Shown piece by piece: positions 45,001 to 58,685 of a DNA stretch of 64,000 nt. Each line of letters begins with the position of its first letter. The stretch's first letter is position 1. Under the pieces are notes generated by a model, which saw only the letters and a program-made list of their open reading frames with translations, was not told the DNA's origin and made no database searches. The position numbers were made by a program, and so were the translations under genes. Source of the stretch: Rhizodiscina lignyota (Eukaryota); contig ML978123.1 in NCBI GenBank assembly GCA_010015805.1, forward strand, positions 1,054,001 to 1,118,000. Reading direction: 5' to 3'.

Positions 45001-47597
45001 TCAATCTCGATTCACTATTCTCAAACTCCTCTTCGGATTCAGCAACACCCCAACGAATGTCGGCTCTAGCCCTGCTAACAGATTCTCCGTACTGCTGCCG
45101 GCATCGCTGTTACTACTATGCGTCTGCGTCTGTTCGAGGGGGTGATATCTCTTCGCGGAGTTGATGCCGTCCACCGCTCCTGCCTGTGCAGGATTTGAGT
45201 TGCTGCCTGAACTTCCACCACTTCCGCTATGCGAGTGAATCGCACTCTGCGCACTCCTCTCCGCACTACGCCGATCCGATGAATTCTTCGAAGGCGTCGG
45301 AGGCACAAAGAAGCCGGCCTTTTCTGCTCTCGATGGGTCTGCAGCTGCCTGCTGTGCCATGGCAACATGGTGCTTGTACAGTTGTAGTTGTTTCCTGTAG
45401 ACCCACGCGCAGAATGCTAGGTATCCCGCTACGATTGCGAGAATACCGGCGACAACTCCCGCGACAATCGCGCCAATATTTGGGCCGCCACTGCCTCCGT
45501 TGTTGTTGCTGCTGCTGACGCTCCCCGGATTCGCGGATCCCGTTTCGGTGACAATTGCGCCGCTTGGTCCAGTAATCGTGTAGGTAATTGGTTTGCCAGT
45601 TGCCAATGGTCCGTCAGTAGCTGATTGAACGGGAGCCGTGACTGTTGCTGCACCAAGGCTGTTACCGCCGATGACGGAGATGACAGCCTCAGGGACGACG
45701 TAGCCATAACTTCCCTCCAGTCCGGCAGGTTTGCCAGAGTTTGAGTTCGAAGAGCCTGAATCCGAAGAGCCTGAATCCGAAGAGCCTGAATCCGAAGAGC
45801 CTGAATTTGAAGATCCTGAATTCGAAGATCCCGAATCCGAAGAGCCTTTCTGGCTAACCTGCTGCGAGAGAGGATTGTCTTTCAGACCAGCACTGAGCGC
45901 CGTAAACTGAGTACCCCATTGCAGTGAGCTCATGTTGAAGACATATACACCGGGGCTTTCGCATGGTATATCGTTGCCAATGTATCCACCAACGACGACC
46001 ATTTGTCCGTCCCAGATATTGCATGTATGTCCACTTCTGCCATATGGCACAGCTTGGTTGTCCATAGAGACGTTGATCCATGTGAAGCTTGGAACGGTCA
46101 ATATCCACATGTCTTGGTACTCTGTCTGGCTTTTGTATGGTTGTAGGTTCTGGCCAGCGAACATGTAAACATTGTATGAGGAACCATCTGGGGCTGCGGC
46201 TACGGCTGCACAAGGGTTGACGCGAATGCCTGGCGTTGGCCCACTAGTAGCTTGCTTATACCACTTGGAACTGTCGATATCAAAGACGTCGATAACGTTC
46301 ATTTGAGTCTACTGATATGTTAGTGTACCGCACATTGACAAGCCTTCAATGCGGACGACGGGTTCCTTACAAAGGTAGTGTTCGTGCCACCCGCGAGAGC
46401 CAGCAAGATCCCTTGCTTGCCGAATCCAGGGATGTATAGCAGTATTCCGTCCGCACGTTCAGTAAAACCACCAGTCTCCTGAAGCCCACCGTTTGTAACG
46501 TTTCGCCAGACGCCATCTGAACCAGCAGTCTTTCCGCCGGAGAGGTCGGACACTCCACTGTTCGTCGAACCCGGGAACGTGTACTCTAGCAGAGAGCGGA
46601 CGTACTCTCGTGCAACTGTGATACTCCATCCCGCTGTTGTCAGGAAGTCTTCATGACCGCCAAAATACCAACCTCTTCCTAGACCTGGCACATTGACGCC
46701 CGCACCTTCAGCGACCCTTTGCACGGGTTGGTTCGCATCCTCGGAGTTGGTACCGGCTGAGGTTTGTGGGTTGTTGTGCTCCTTCCAGGATGAAGAGCCA
46801 ATGTCGTATTCCCACAGAGCAAAGGGAACAGGAGACTCAACTGGGCTGTCCGAGAACTCACCACCGTAAAGGAAAAGAGAGTCATAAGAGTTCCACAGGT
46901 ACCCGTTGGCTACCGCAGGAGGTCCTGACGGCTGAGGCATGCCGTTGAAAGAAGGCGAGCCAATCTGCCATGTCTTCGTAAGATCCAAGGTGAGGAAGTC
47001 GTTGTTCCATTCATTATCGGTTTGGTCGCCGCTTTGAATTGCTCGACCACCGTAGATGTATAGTGTGCCGTTGACTAAGGCGCTTTGGTGGCTCCAACGC
47101 TTGCACACATCCGTAGGACTATTATCCCTTCGAGTGAAGTAGTCCGACTCACTTCGTGACTCTCTTTCGTGGTCTCTGATTACACCTGCATCAGCCGCTG
47201 GTAGCGGCGTCTCTCCGCCTTTAACAAATTGTGTATTCTGTGCGAGGGATATGGCGACGGCTAGGAAGACGGCCAGGATCGACAGTTTGGTGCAGAGAGC
47301 ATATCCTGAAAACCGCACCCGAGCCACGTTTGGGTCCATGTAGACAGTACGCGAAGCTTCGTCCTTCTCGTCGAGCATGAATTCGGAGTCGCTGTCGTCG
47401 ATTGCACCTTCGGCTGACCCACGCCGAGTTGCCTCTGATATATGGCTCAGATTCCGCCGGACCTTTGGCCTGCTGTTGGCCAAACTTGGATCGGATGATG
47501 AGGTATCATGATCCAAGTCGTCATCAAGACCAACTTCTTGGAACGATGACTTCCTTCGAGGCTTTCCAGCCTCATAGACATAAGTTGCTCGATGCAT
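45001..47597 (-). CDS. Kelch-repeat membrane-anchored protein (2 exons)
   Basis: ATG 47597; intron 46370..46309; internal signal/TM segment, kelch GG motifs (LYIYGG, LFLYGG, WYFGG, VVVGG) and C-terminal TM IGAIVAGVVAGILAIVAGYLAF. Confidence 0.88.
45749..45847 (-). repeat. Coding 15-bp tandem repeat encoding (GSS[D/N]S)n
   Basis: About 6.6 copies of GAAGAGCCTGAATCC on the + strand; three are identical. Confidence 0.92.
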
Positions 47598-48989
47598 TAT
47601 GGAAGGAAACGCGCATAACACGTTGTTTGGGAGTGAAACGCGAGGGGGGCCAGAAAGCGATTAAGTTTGGATGCGCAATTTCAGGACGGGTGGAAAAGAG
47701 CAATTGTCGATGTCGATCTCGATCAGGATTAATGTCGCAGTGCCCATCCACGGGCTGCCATTGAATGCAAGAGAAGTATTAAAGCAGAAATAGTTCTTCC
47801 GCTGGAAAGCAGAGATTGGAACAAGAGTAATTGAGCGGGTGAGCAGGGCGGGAGATAAAGAACGTCAATTGCAAACAAAATGATGCTCATCGGCGACAAG
47901 CATGCGACCAAGAATGCCACCTCGAAGGGCCCTTCGCCTCCCGTTGTCTCCGCATCTGCCAGTGCCCTATACTGGCCAGAGCGTGGAGTTCCTCCCGCGC
48001 CGTCTCAACCAGTGAGCGTGTCACGGTAGTTTCTTGATCGCGATGTGTCTGGTCCAAGGTCTTTAGAGCGACAGGGGCTGTCGTTCAACAGCTACGTCAT
48101 GTCGAGCACGGCGACGTCCAACTTTCGGATCGGCCGACCAACTAGGCAGGCAGGATGATCTGTCACTCGCGCTCGACCACTAGCGGCGCGCCACCGAGAG
48201 CGCGGTAGAATATTGAACAACGCAAATCTCCAACTGCGCGCGAATGAAAATGGCGCCCGATTCGAGGTGGTCGAGGGCTCCACTCTTTCTAGAAGCCCCA
48301 TCGAGGAAGGGTCAAGCCACATTCTCGTGGCTGTGGGACTATGGAAGACAACTCGGGAGATCAGCCATCCGACTAATTATTAAACAGAGACAATCCCACC
48401 CTCCCACTCTCTCGGGTGGGCCGCCAATAGGAAGATTGAGCTTTAACCTCCGGACGCCCTGTGGATATTTACGATCCGATAATAGTATACGCGGTTTGAG
48501 GCTGTTCAACCACTCCGTTGTGCGACTGTGGCGAGAATCTGCATGTAGGGATCAGGAGAGTATACGTTATCATGCGAAGGCTTGTAGCCGAGCTAGAATT
48601 AGAGTGTAGGACAAGATCTAGACGAAACCATTTTTTATTCCGCGAGGCTCAGACCTGATGTACAGTCCGGCATAGCAGTTTACCGGAGAATAGGACCCAA
48701 CAAATCAGCTGCTTTGCAAACCCCGACTGTAGTGTCTATGATAATAGGCTCGGAAGCCCTTCCCAGCCAATCCAGAAGTGCCCCTTCCGTTGCAAATATG
48801 ACCGAACGCCCCAACGCGCCCTTACGCTTATGCAAAGCAAAGTCTGCCATCGCCCTTCGCGGCAGTATGTGAATTGTAATGTACAGCTAGAAGTCCGCCT
48901 CAAGTACAGGCACGCAGTGATTGGAACTGGCGCCAACTCTGCCTCGCTTCAGGAGAAATAATTCGCTGGTCGGCCGATGCGGAGGATGC

Positions 48990-50232
48990 TCAAATATATT
49001 TTTGTTCATCCTCTTCAGGTTCACCGTAGTTTCCGAAATTGATTATCATATCACGGGTCATCTCGAAGCTGAGCCAGCTGGCGGCCATACTAGGAGCGAC
49101 CTTCAGTAAGTTCGGCACGATGCCTTTGTAAAGACCAGCGATACCTTCCTGGCGGAGGATGGAAGAAAGAGCGTCCCAGATCGAGTTGTATTTAAAGCCC
49201 ATGCCAGGCATCGTGTTGATCTGGAAACGACGACGAAGAACATCACTGGGCACAATTAGTCATGCAAAATAGTAGAAGTACACAGGGGGGGACAAACAAA
49301 GGGTATGTGCAAGTCTGTGCGAATGCTCCAGAGGTCGCACCAGCAGCAAGCTTGCCAATAGGGGAGGGGTTCTTCTCGCCCTCAGGGGTAAAGAAGCCAC
49401 GCATTGACTCGTACGCCATGAAGTTCAAGCCGACCTTAAATACATTAGATACCTGGCTTCGACATTGGTCAAAAGGTGGTTACTCACATAAGGCGCGACG
49501 CCAGCAACGGTGGGAATAATGCCGCGATAAAGGGCAAGGATGCCCCCCTCATTTTTGTACATAATTTTCATCAAACTCCACATACCGGGGAGTTTCTGGC
49601 GTGTATCACGAGTGCCCAGGCCTTCAAACGAGGCTGATTGGATGGAGAGACGGGTACGGACAATATCGAGCGGGTAAGTGAAGGTGACTGATGTCATGCC
49701 AGCACAGGCACCACACATGAGGCGCTGGAGCGCATCTAGGCCTGTACCAGGAGACGTCTCGAAGAACTGGATATGTCCGATCAGTAAATTGTAGACCAGA
49801 GATTTTTTTATCTTGCTCCAAGATGCGAACAAGAGGGGATCTACAGTCCATCAAGATAACAGAGAGGTTAGACCCAATTATTGGCTCACTTACACGCTTG
49901 TAGAAGTTATAGGCGCCAAATTGGACGGCGGAGTAGGGGACGATTCGGATACAGTTGGTACCGTTTCCTGCCATGAAGCCACGCATCCCTTCCTCCCGCC
50001 ACATCTTTCCCAAAGCCTTGAAAACTGACATCTTGTACTCGTTGCGCCCAACACTTTGAATCTGAAATAATATCTTCAAGCGCTCGAGCGGCGAGACCAC
50101 TGTGCGCGAGACAGCTCCAGCAACGCCGCCAGCGATGAAGGCCGCAACGACTGGATCGGCGAACACTCTACGGTACTGATGCAGCGGAGGAGGAGCAAGA
50201 GGTTCAGCCATCGTACTTGATGTGCTCTGCAT
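48990..50232 (-). CDS. Mitochondrial carrier protein (YPR011C/Leu5-like subgroup; 4 exons)
   Basis: Introns 49893..49767, 49487..49435 and 49297..49246; signatures SPLERLKIL, YPLDIVRTRL and YPFDVLRRR; GNGTNCIRIVPY. Confidence 0.92.
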
Positions 50233-52926
50233 GATAACTTGGTAAGCTGATTGGCTCTAGAGAGGCTGAAAGAACTCGAGAATTTAGAGGAGTGAGAAGT
50301 CGTGAGAGATTCTCCGAATCAGGGGTTTCTGCAGCAGTTCGGAGAAGATGAAGGGGGTATAGGGTGACGTACGGTAGAAGCGTCTGAGGTTATGGGAGGT
50401 AAAGGTGATATCCGCGGAAGGGAGGCACTCTCGCGAACTGGTGACTCTGCGGGGGCGCGTGAACTCATTGCGCTTCGTCTGAGGGCCTACACTGCCCAGC
50501 ACTCAAAGCTGCTGTCCAGGCAAGCTTATGGTAGTGACCGCGATGGCATTCACCGACGCGGGTGTGCGTTTCCTCTTTGCGAGCTCATGAGAAGAATATG
50601 CGCCTTGCGGAAGAGAGTCGACTACGCGGGGGTTTCGGCGGCGAAGGTGCGTGAGATATCGAGTGGAGAGTATGAGATAGGTGTGCCATTCACAACTTCA
50701 TCGATATTGACGATCAGGATGGGTGCTGTTGGAGATGCAAAGCGCTTTTCGCCTGCTGTTCGAACCCGGCCGTCGTGTGAAGAAGTGATCCTTGGCGCTG
50801 GCCAAAATCTTTTTCGGGAACGAGGGCCGGGCGCTGCAGCTCTTTCGTTCCTGATTCCAACCTTGCCCTCTTCTCCTTTGCAACAAGTGCAGGAACGCTT
50901 CCGCAGAGTGTCACAGAGATGCTGAAGCTGCTTGATCCCCCGTGAGAACCTCCGGATATCCGTTGTCCGTATCTATCTATCTCGGCTTCGTCTGACGGCA
51001 ACCGATCCAGCACTCCAGCCTTATCGTGCCGAACGAATTTTTTGCGGAATCGATGCCGCACTGTATGTACGCTTGCAGTAAAGGGGTACGACATCACGGT
51101 TCTCAACTGAAAATGGCACGGCCGATTATTCCAGATAAATGCGCTCTATGGCCCCATTACAGACGGGTTATGCTTCTTTGCTTCTCCTCCCTTGACTCTG
51201 GTCCCTAGCTCAGCAGACTGGGGCGTTGAGCGTTCGCCTCTGCGTTCGCCTCAGCCTGTGCTGCTGATGCTTTAACAGGAAGCGAAGGAGGCGATTTCGT
51301 CGCCATATCTTGACCACATGAAGCTTTGCCTGACCTGGTTGAATTCGAATGGATCGTCTGCAAGAAAATGGCGATGACCGAAAGAGGCTGAGCCACGCTG
51401 TGACGATTCTTTCATCCTGGGCCGTTGTCTTGTATGTATTCCGCAGTCACTCAACTAATGTCAAATTGCATTTTCGTTGTAGCCACTCTCCTCCATGACA
51501 ACAGCATTGGTTATATGGAGCGTTGACACTCTAAACGGATTCAACAATCTCATGGCAAGATCATTTAGGATGAAGTGCGGCAAATATTTATTTAAAACCG
51601 GCCTGCCCCTGATGAAGGTGAGAGGACCTAACAAAGGCTCAACTGTTCTCTGGAATTTCGTGGCTGCTTATGCCGGCTGCCGTGGTCGAACAGACTCAGC
51701 TTAACTTCAAACTCATTGCAATCTATCCCTTTGTTTATGCCGATGGTGAAGCTTTTGCATATATCGCTACATCCGTAGTAGTGTGGCTTGAAGCCGGCGG
51801 CACAGACAGCATCCAGAATTCGTCTTGCTGTCAGGTCACAAAAACTGTTGGAAATTGCCGCGTCTTAAGTCCGAACTTCACAAACTCGACTATTGTCGTT
51901 TATCGAGAGAAGATATACTCCGAGATCATATCCAAGGTCTAGAATCGTGACATGGCGCCGGGACGTCTAGCGTGCACTTGGGATGGGGAACTGGTTTAAA
52001 ATGCGCAATTTGAAGAGTCGGATCCATGCCGTCAATCATGCAAGCGATCAGCACCACCGCAGCTGAGGAAGTCAGGCGTTGTGAGGACGCGGTACGGCGC
52101 CCATGTCCTCCAATTTCGTTCAGTTCGGTTGGCCGCGATGAGGGATGTCCGGAGGCCGATACTCAGGAGGCGTGCGCCGAGGCAAAGCAGATAGGGACTG
52201 GCCGTTTTATACGTTGTACGGAGTAGATGACGCATCAAGCATTTCCATGGAGCTCGGGCAGGGAGTTGGGACGAGCAGCTGAATGTGGAGTGCAAGCAGG
52301 AGGCTCCGCTCAGCCATGAGGCTGCATACAGCCAGGAGCACTGCACCAATGGTTGCAAGCAGAGGCGAGGTGCAAGGATGATCAAATCTGATCACCTCGA
52401 GACGAATTTGTGCCCAATCCCCGGTACGTCACCTGTGAGTCGCCGGTTCTGCTCGAGAGGAGGTTGCAGTGCGTGATTTGTGCAAAGTCTCCGAGTGCGC
52501 GACAGATGTCAACACCAGCAACGCCCACTTCAGCTTTTAATAGCAGTGTGAGTGCCTCTGGACGTGACGCCGACACGCTCGTCTGAATGTTTCCTTCCCA
52601 ACTGCCCCTGCCGCATAGGCAAATCAGATCGTCAAGCTTCAAGCCTTGTTCCGGAGTGCTGGGAAGCGGCTTTGGACATGGCAGGGCAGGCCGTTGCACC
52701 TTACTTCTTCCGCACTGGTTTTCCTTGGAACCACGCGCACCCGGACGCACGTTGCTCGTCGAGTGTAGCCACACTTGACCCGAACTCCCACCTCCGTTTT
52801 CCGTTGTTGTGCTTTCGTTTGTTGCCCATCTTTGCTTTGCCATGTACAATTACCCTTAACACCTTGTAATGAAGTCGATTCCCGCCCTCCGAGCGTGCTC
52901 CCGCCGCATACACAAATAATGGAGAT

Positions 52927-55900
52927 ATGGCCGAGCCCACAGCGCGGCAGCAGACATTGCCGGCAGACGATGCGCCGTTCACCAGCGCGAGAGCCTTGAC
53001 ATCGCAGATCCCTTCGCACGACGCGAGCCAGAAACGCAGTGACCAGCCGACACATGCAGAAGGAGGAGGTACAAACAGACGGCGTCGCAAGAGCTCTCTT
53101 CGCCATGCGAAGAACAGCACGGAAGCGTTGCGCGCGCGTGTCCAAGCAGGTCGGGGAGGTGCTGATGCAATTGGAGGCAGCAGATCACCTCCAGATGGCG
53201 GTTCAGGAGCTCGAGCTGGGAGAAGCTTTACGGTGGGGAATATAGGAAACAATGGGATGCTATATCTCAGGTATTCGCGACCTCCCCTTTTTGTCGTTAG
53301 AGTCTGGTCGAATTTTCTTCGTCTTCCAGAGCCGCATACTCCACCATGAAGCCATTGGCGACTAGGCTAGCCAAGTACTGACGGGAACCGTGATATACAG
53401 ACCTGTAGTCCGCCAAGCGCATGAAAGAACCCTGCCTCCTGCTCCGCCATTCGTGAATGCGCCGTTCAGACGGAGTTTTATAGCTCCTGATGGCTCGAAA
53501 TTGACTAGACCCGTGAGCGATGCCGGATACGAGGGTCTATATTCCCGGCCAGAATCACCCACCACACCTCCTAAAGCTGCCCGCGTGGTCTCGCAGACGG
53601 AAAGCGAACGAACATTGGATTACACACCACCACGGCCGGGCAGCATCCACCGCCCCCGCTCCTTCTCCACGGTTGACGAGCTCGAGCACATATATTCTCG
53701 GAGTGAGTCTCCAGGCACTTTCAAGATTGTCATCAATAGACCGTCACCTCGAAAACGCCTTCGTAAATCCGAATCCGAAGATATTTTGAAAGTCCCCATC
53801 CCTAGCCCTCGAATCGGCGAACCCGAGTTTGGCGCTCGAGGCACGCCTATTCTGCGGAGCTCTTCCTATGGCACAGATGTACTTCGACAATCTGGATCCC
53901 TAAGTAACGCACAGCAGAGCGAGATTCAAGCTCCACAACCCGTTCAGTTCTCAACCCTCTCCAGAAGACATTCAGAGATGTCGTACTCGCACAACGCCCT
54001 TCGATCTGGTGGTCCGCAGAGACGCCTTGACTTCTATGCCCGAGAGCGCAACTTTTACGCGCATGCGGCGGCCTTCGATCATCTCGAGTCCCATCCAGTT
54101 GATCCGGCTTTGATAAAGTATGCGGATTTCAAAGGGCCCAAGAAACGTCGAATTTTGCTCGCCACACCTCTCTGTCTAGTCGCGCAAGTCACATCTTCTA
54201 CAGATGTGGACTATGACCTCATATCCGATTTCTTCATGACTTTTCGACAGTTCATGAAGAAAAAGGAAGTCGTTGAGCTCCTGCATGATCGATTTCTTTG
54301 GGCAGCAGGCCGTCCTGGCAACGTGGGCACTACAGTGCGCGTGCGTGTCTTCGTCGCCATCAGACATTGGATCTTGAATTACATGGCTGAAGACTTCGTC
54401 CCAGACTACTCGCTCCGAGCAGAATTCTGCTCTCTCATAAATGATCTCTATAGCTCGTTACGTGAAGCTGGCTTGACTGGTCCTAAGGGGCTGCAGCAAA
54501 TCGCTGAGCTTAAGAAATGCTGGAGAGAGTTCATTTCCATCTATTTTAACGACCCCTTGGATGGTACGGAAAGTCCACATAGTCCAATTCATCCAGGTGG
54601 ACGTCCGGGGAGCAATCAGGAAATCTGGGACAAAGCTCTTGCTTTGGGTCAAGGTCCATTGAGCTCAGCTGAACTCGAGCAGTGGAGATCTGCTGCGAAT
54701 TATCGCTATAGGCGCTCGAGGATCCAGCCGGTAACGATCACTCAAATAATCCAGCATGGTCAACAACCATCGACCACTACAGGTGCAACTGGCACGACTG
54801 CTCCAACGACGACGATCACGACGGCACCGACATTGACGCGTTCCGCAAATACTCGCGAGTCGATGCCGATGACAAGGGGCAGCGAGAAGAGCAGCCAAGT
54901 CATTTCTTGTTCAATGCCGTTCCGATCCATCCACAGGCAAGACCATGGTGATGAGATAGCGTTATACAGGCAGCCTCCACCGCGAACTGTCGCAGTGCCT
55001 CCTCAGGTAGTGAACCCTCTCAAGGCGAATCGACCCAAGACGGTTCCTCGACGAGTTGAAAGCTTCCCGGAAGGCATGAGAGACCGCCGAACTCAAGCGG
55101 AGCAATCTCATCCAAGTTCTACACAGAACAGCAAACAGGATGTTGCTGCAAAAGAAGATCAGGCCACACGAAGCACATTCCCGGGAGATCTCATCAGAGG
55201 CCGCACGATGCACCCCCTGGCCCCGGAGGTCGAATATGTGAGTTTGAAAATGTTGATCCCACATCCTCGAGAGAGATCACCAACCTCCAGTCCGGGAGTG
55301 CGCAAGATTATTGGAAGCGTTCGTCGGGCTCTGAGCAACAGCAAACAAACTGGTGGTCCCGCTCATCGAGGTCGTGATCGGCACGGCGGTCATCTTTCGA
55401 CTGCTGCCACCGCCGGTGGCACCTCAGTCCAATCAAACTCTAGTCATTCCAGCGACGGACATTCACCTTCGCGTCCGGTCAAGGCTGCCCCCTTTCCTGG
55501 AACCAAAGTACCCCGGACAGATTTTCTTGGCGAGAGGGCTTTAGAAAACTTCAACAAAGCCCTCAATACGGGCTTGGAGGAGCGTAAAGGCGGTGCTGTG
55601 ATGTCTCCTGTGGCACGAATGAATAAAGACCTCCCGGAGCTCCCACCGCTGCTGCGAGCACCTAAAGCTGAGGAGCACAGGCGCGACCAAAGTACGAATG
55701 TTACAATGGGCAGTCGAAGCATAGTAATCATGCATGACGCGCTATCTACACTTCCGCCAGAAACAGAAAGGGTGATGTCGGGAGCGCTTGCTCCTGCTGA
55801 TACGATGGCGGAGACAGATCAGCAGCCGCAAACTCCCAGGATTGTCCGAACATTTTGGGATGACGGTGAAATAATCCAGGACGAAGATGTGCAAGAGATG

Positions 55901-58288
55901 GAAGTTGGCGCTGAAACGGTTGGTTCTCCAAATTGGATGGAAGTTGAGCAAGAGCAGGCAGACCTCCACCACCCATCCGTCTACAGTGGCGTACAGAGCT
56001 CCAATATGGGGCATTCGTACGGCACGTCGGTTAGTGGGACTGCTCTTGCGCGGGAAATTGAGACGAAGTTGGGACATCAGCCAACTCAAAGCCTGGATGA
56101 TCCCGTCCTGCCAGATGATCCTCAGCCAGTTCGATCTTTACGCAGACGACACGGGGGAAACCTGAGGCAAGCGGTGCCAGAATTCCACCAGGAAGATGAT
56201 GACGGGAGTGCGCAAGATCCGGACGAAAATATAGACTATCTTGACCAAGATGACCAAAGCATGCCATTTGCACCCACGCCGGAGTCTCATCTCTCCCTCA
56301 TAGCTGCAGACGATCTGCCTGCGCAACCTGGTCCTGGTATCCTGGGCCCAGGTGTACAAGAACAACTGAAGTCTATCCTCTTCCCAGATGATCCTTATGA
56401 GGATGGCAGTCCGACAACTGCTCTCATGAAGCTCGAAGGGCGTTACGTCTCCCCGCTAGGCCCGCTCAATCTAGGCTCGCCGCTTGACCAAGATTTCGTC
56501 GCAGCAACACATCATTACGATGATCCCGGACATGAAAGGTTTAAGCACCGACATGAACATGTCATGGATGCTCACCAACCAATCCACGAGCCCCGGGCAA
56601 GCGCCGTCCTGAGCCAGACGAGCACGGCTGTATCTGGGCGCGAGCATCAGCATCATACCTCTGAGGCGTCTTATTCAAGCATTCCTTTGCTAGAGAGAGG
56701 TCTAGCGGACAGAGCAGGCCCTAGCAGCACACGAAGACAGCACGCAGAGTCTGACAGCTCCAACAGTATGGCCAACTTCAGATTCCCGGCGCAGCCATTG
56801 AGGGCCGTAAATCCTGATGTCGCCTCGACGGAAGAGGGATCGTTGGAGCATATAGAGAGGACGCCAAGCCTTGAACGCATACCTCGCGGCGAGACACTCC
56901 CGCAGGATGTGCAAGTGACAGTGAAGGAAACGGACGATGCGGATATTAGATCAGAAGACGCTACAAGTCCGATCATGAGCCACGGGGTGCGCAGCTTCTA
57001 CGAGGACGAAATCGTGGTCAGCGCCGACGCATATGAGGAAGATGACTATGATGATGTAGAGGATGAATCCATGTTCGAGCATCCGCTACGGCATCCATCG
57101 ACCCCTCCACAGGCCACAGACAAGTCACCAGAAAATGTCCACGGTGTCAGAATGTCGAACGGCCTCCCTACTCCCGAGCAGTCACCAACAGCTACCAGGT
57201 CGCAAGCGAGGAAAGCCGTCACTAACTATAATGCCGGCGTATATGCACCAACGCGTCCTGGTGCTGAGCGCAACGAAAATGGACCACAGCTTCTCGCTGA
57301 GCCTTCGATGCGCCCTCCGAAGCATTCTCCTTTTCTCAACAAATTCACACCCCATCAAATTGCGGAAGCTATGACAATGATTGAGCAGAGTGCGCTTGCT
57401 CAGATCAACTGGCGCGAGCTCATTGATCTCAGCTGGAGCAAATCGGGCCTCGATAAGGTCCGCGACTGGAGCTTCTTCGTACTTCCGCTCTCTGGTTCAT
57501 CTACCTGGCAACCGCCAAAATCTGTCGACATCGTGATAGCGCGCTTCAACGTCGTTCTGAAATGGGCCGTGTCCGAAATTGTCCTCACCGAAGATCTTGC
57601 CGAGCGAAGGCACACCATCTGCCAGTATGTCCATATTGCCGCGGCTGCGCGAGATCTGAGAAACTTCGCGACGATGTATCAGATCACAATGGCGTTGCTG
57701 AGCGCCGATATCAGCGGGCTGAAGGAGACGTGGCAGTTTGTTCCGGCTGAGGAGAAGGAGATGCTGAAGGAGCTCGAGAAGCTAGTCACACCAACGAAGA
57801 ATTTTGTGACGTTGCGGAGGGAGCAGGAGGGAGTGGTTGTGGACAAGGGGTGCATTCCATTCTTTGGTAAGTACAAGTGTGGTTCGTGCCTCTCTAGGCA
57901 GCACTTTAAATTATGAGAATCATGCTGATCGCGATAATTTATAGGCGTATACATCAATGACCTTACGCTCAATGCCACAAAGGCCACAACGGGCCAGAAG
58001 CCGCCCACCCTCGCACAGAGGGCGAGCGGCATGTACTTGAATATAGATCCCACACCCACAACACAAAGCAGGTCTACCAGCCCCAGCTCCAGCGAGCAAG
58101 CAGAGCCACTCGTCAACTTTGAGCGGTACCAGAACGCCGCCTCAATCGTCAAGACGGTGCTCCGACTAGTGGACGCCAGCAAGACGTACAATTACGCTGT
58201 GACGCCAGCGCTGTTGAGTCGATGTCTGTGGATGTGCGCGCTCGGAGACGAGGAGATTCGAGCCAGAAGCAGGGCGCTCACGATGTAG
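52927..58288 (+). CDS. LTE1: Ras guanine-nucleotide exchange factor, Lte1-like (3 exons)
   Basis: Introns 53271..53400 and 57867..57944; REM domain (DYDLISDFFMTFRQF, VRVFVAIRHWILNY), long low-complexity linker and CDC25 domain (IARFNVV..W, RNFAT, GCIPFFGVY, LVNFERY). Confidence 0.85.
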
Positions 58289-58685
58289 TTGGCGGCCCGT
58301 GCTGGAGGAGGAAGAGAGCGGGCAGGAGAAGATTTTATTTGTTTGATTAGAGTTCTCGACGATCTCAAAGCGTACATAGCGACGACGCCTCGATGGTAGG
58401 ATACCACTTGCTGGAGCAGAGCTCCATGTTTTATATAATGAATAATATATTGTACCCAACTCTTTAAAGTGCGCTGTTGCAAGACTGCGAATGATTCAAC
58501 AGCCTCATAGCAATATGCTTTAGCACCTTTCGCAAAGGCATATCTCTGAGCATGTTTTCCCACCGCTGCCAGATATCAGGCCATCGACTTTGTGCACCCC
58601 TGGAATTCTGCCGAGGAATATCCGAGGCTTGCGTGTGAAATCTTTGCGTGGTCCACAGCGATACAAGTCTCTTCAATGACATGAA

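Noticed and set aside
50750..50780. GTTCGAAC T-loop-like motif (possible tRNA)
   Set aside because: The T-stem does not pair and no cloverleaf can be drawn.
50714..51396. Short minus-strand ORFs, including an AEANAEAN repeat
   Set aside because: No consistent splice path or recognisable domain; may be uORFs or noise upstream of the carrier gene.
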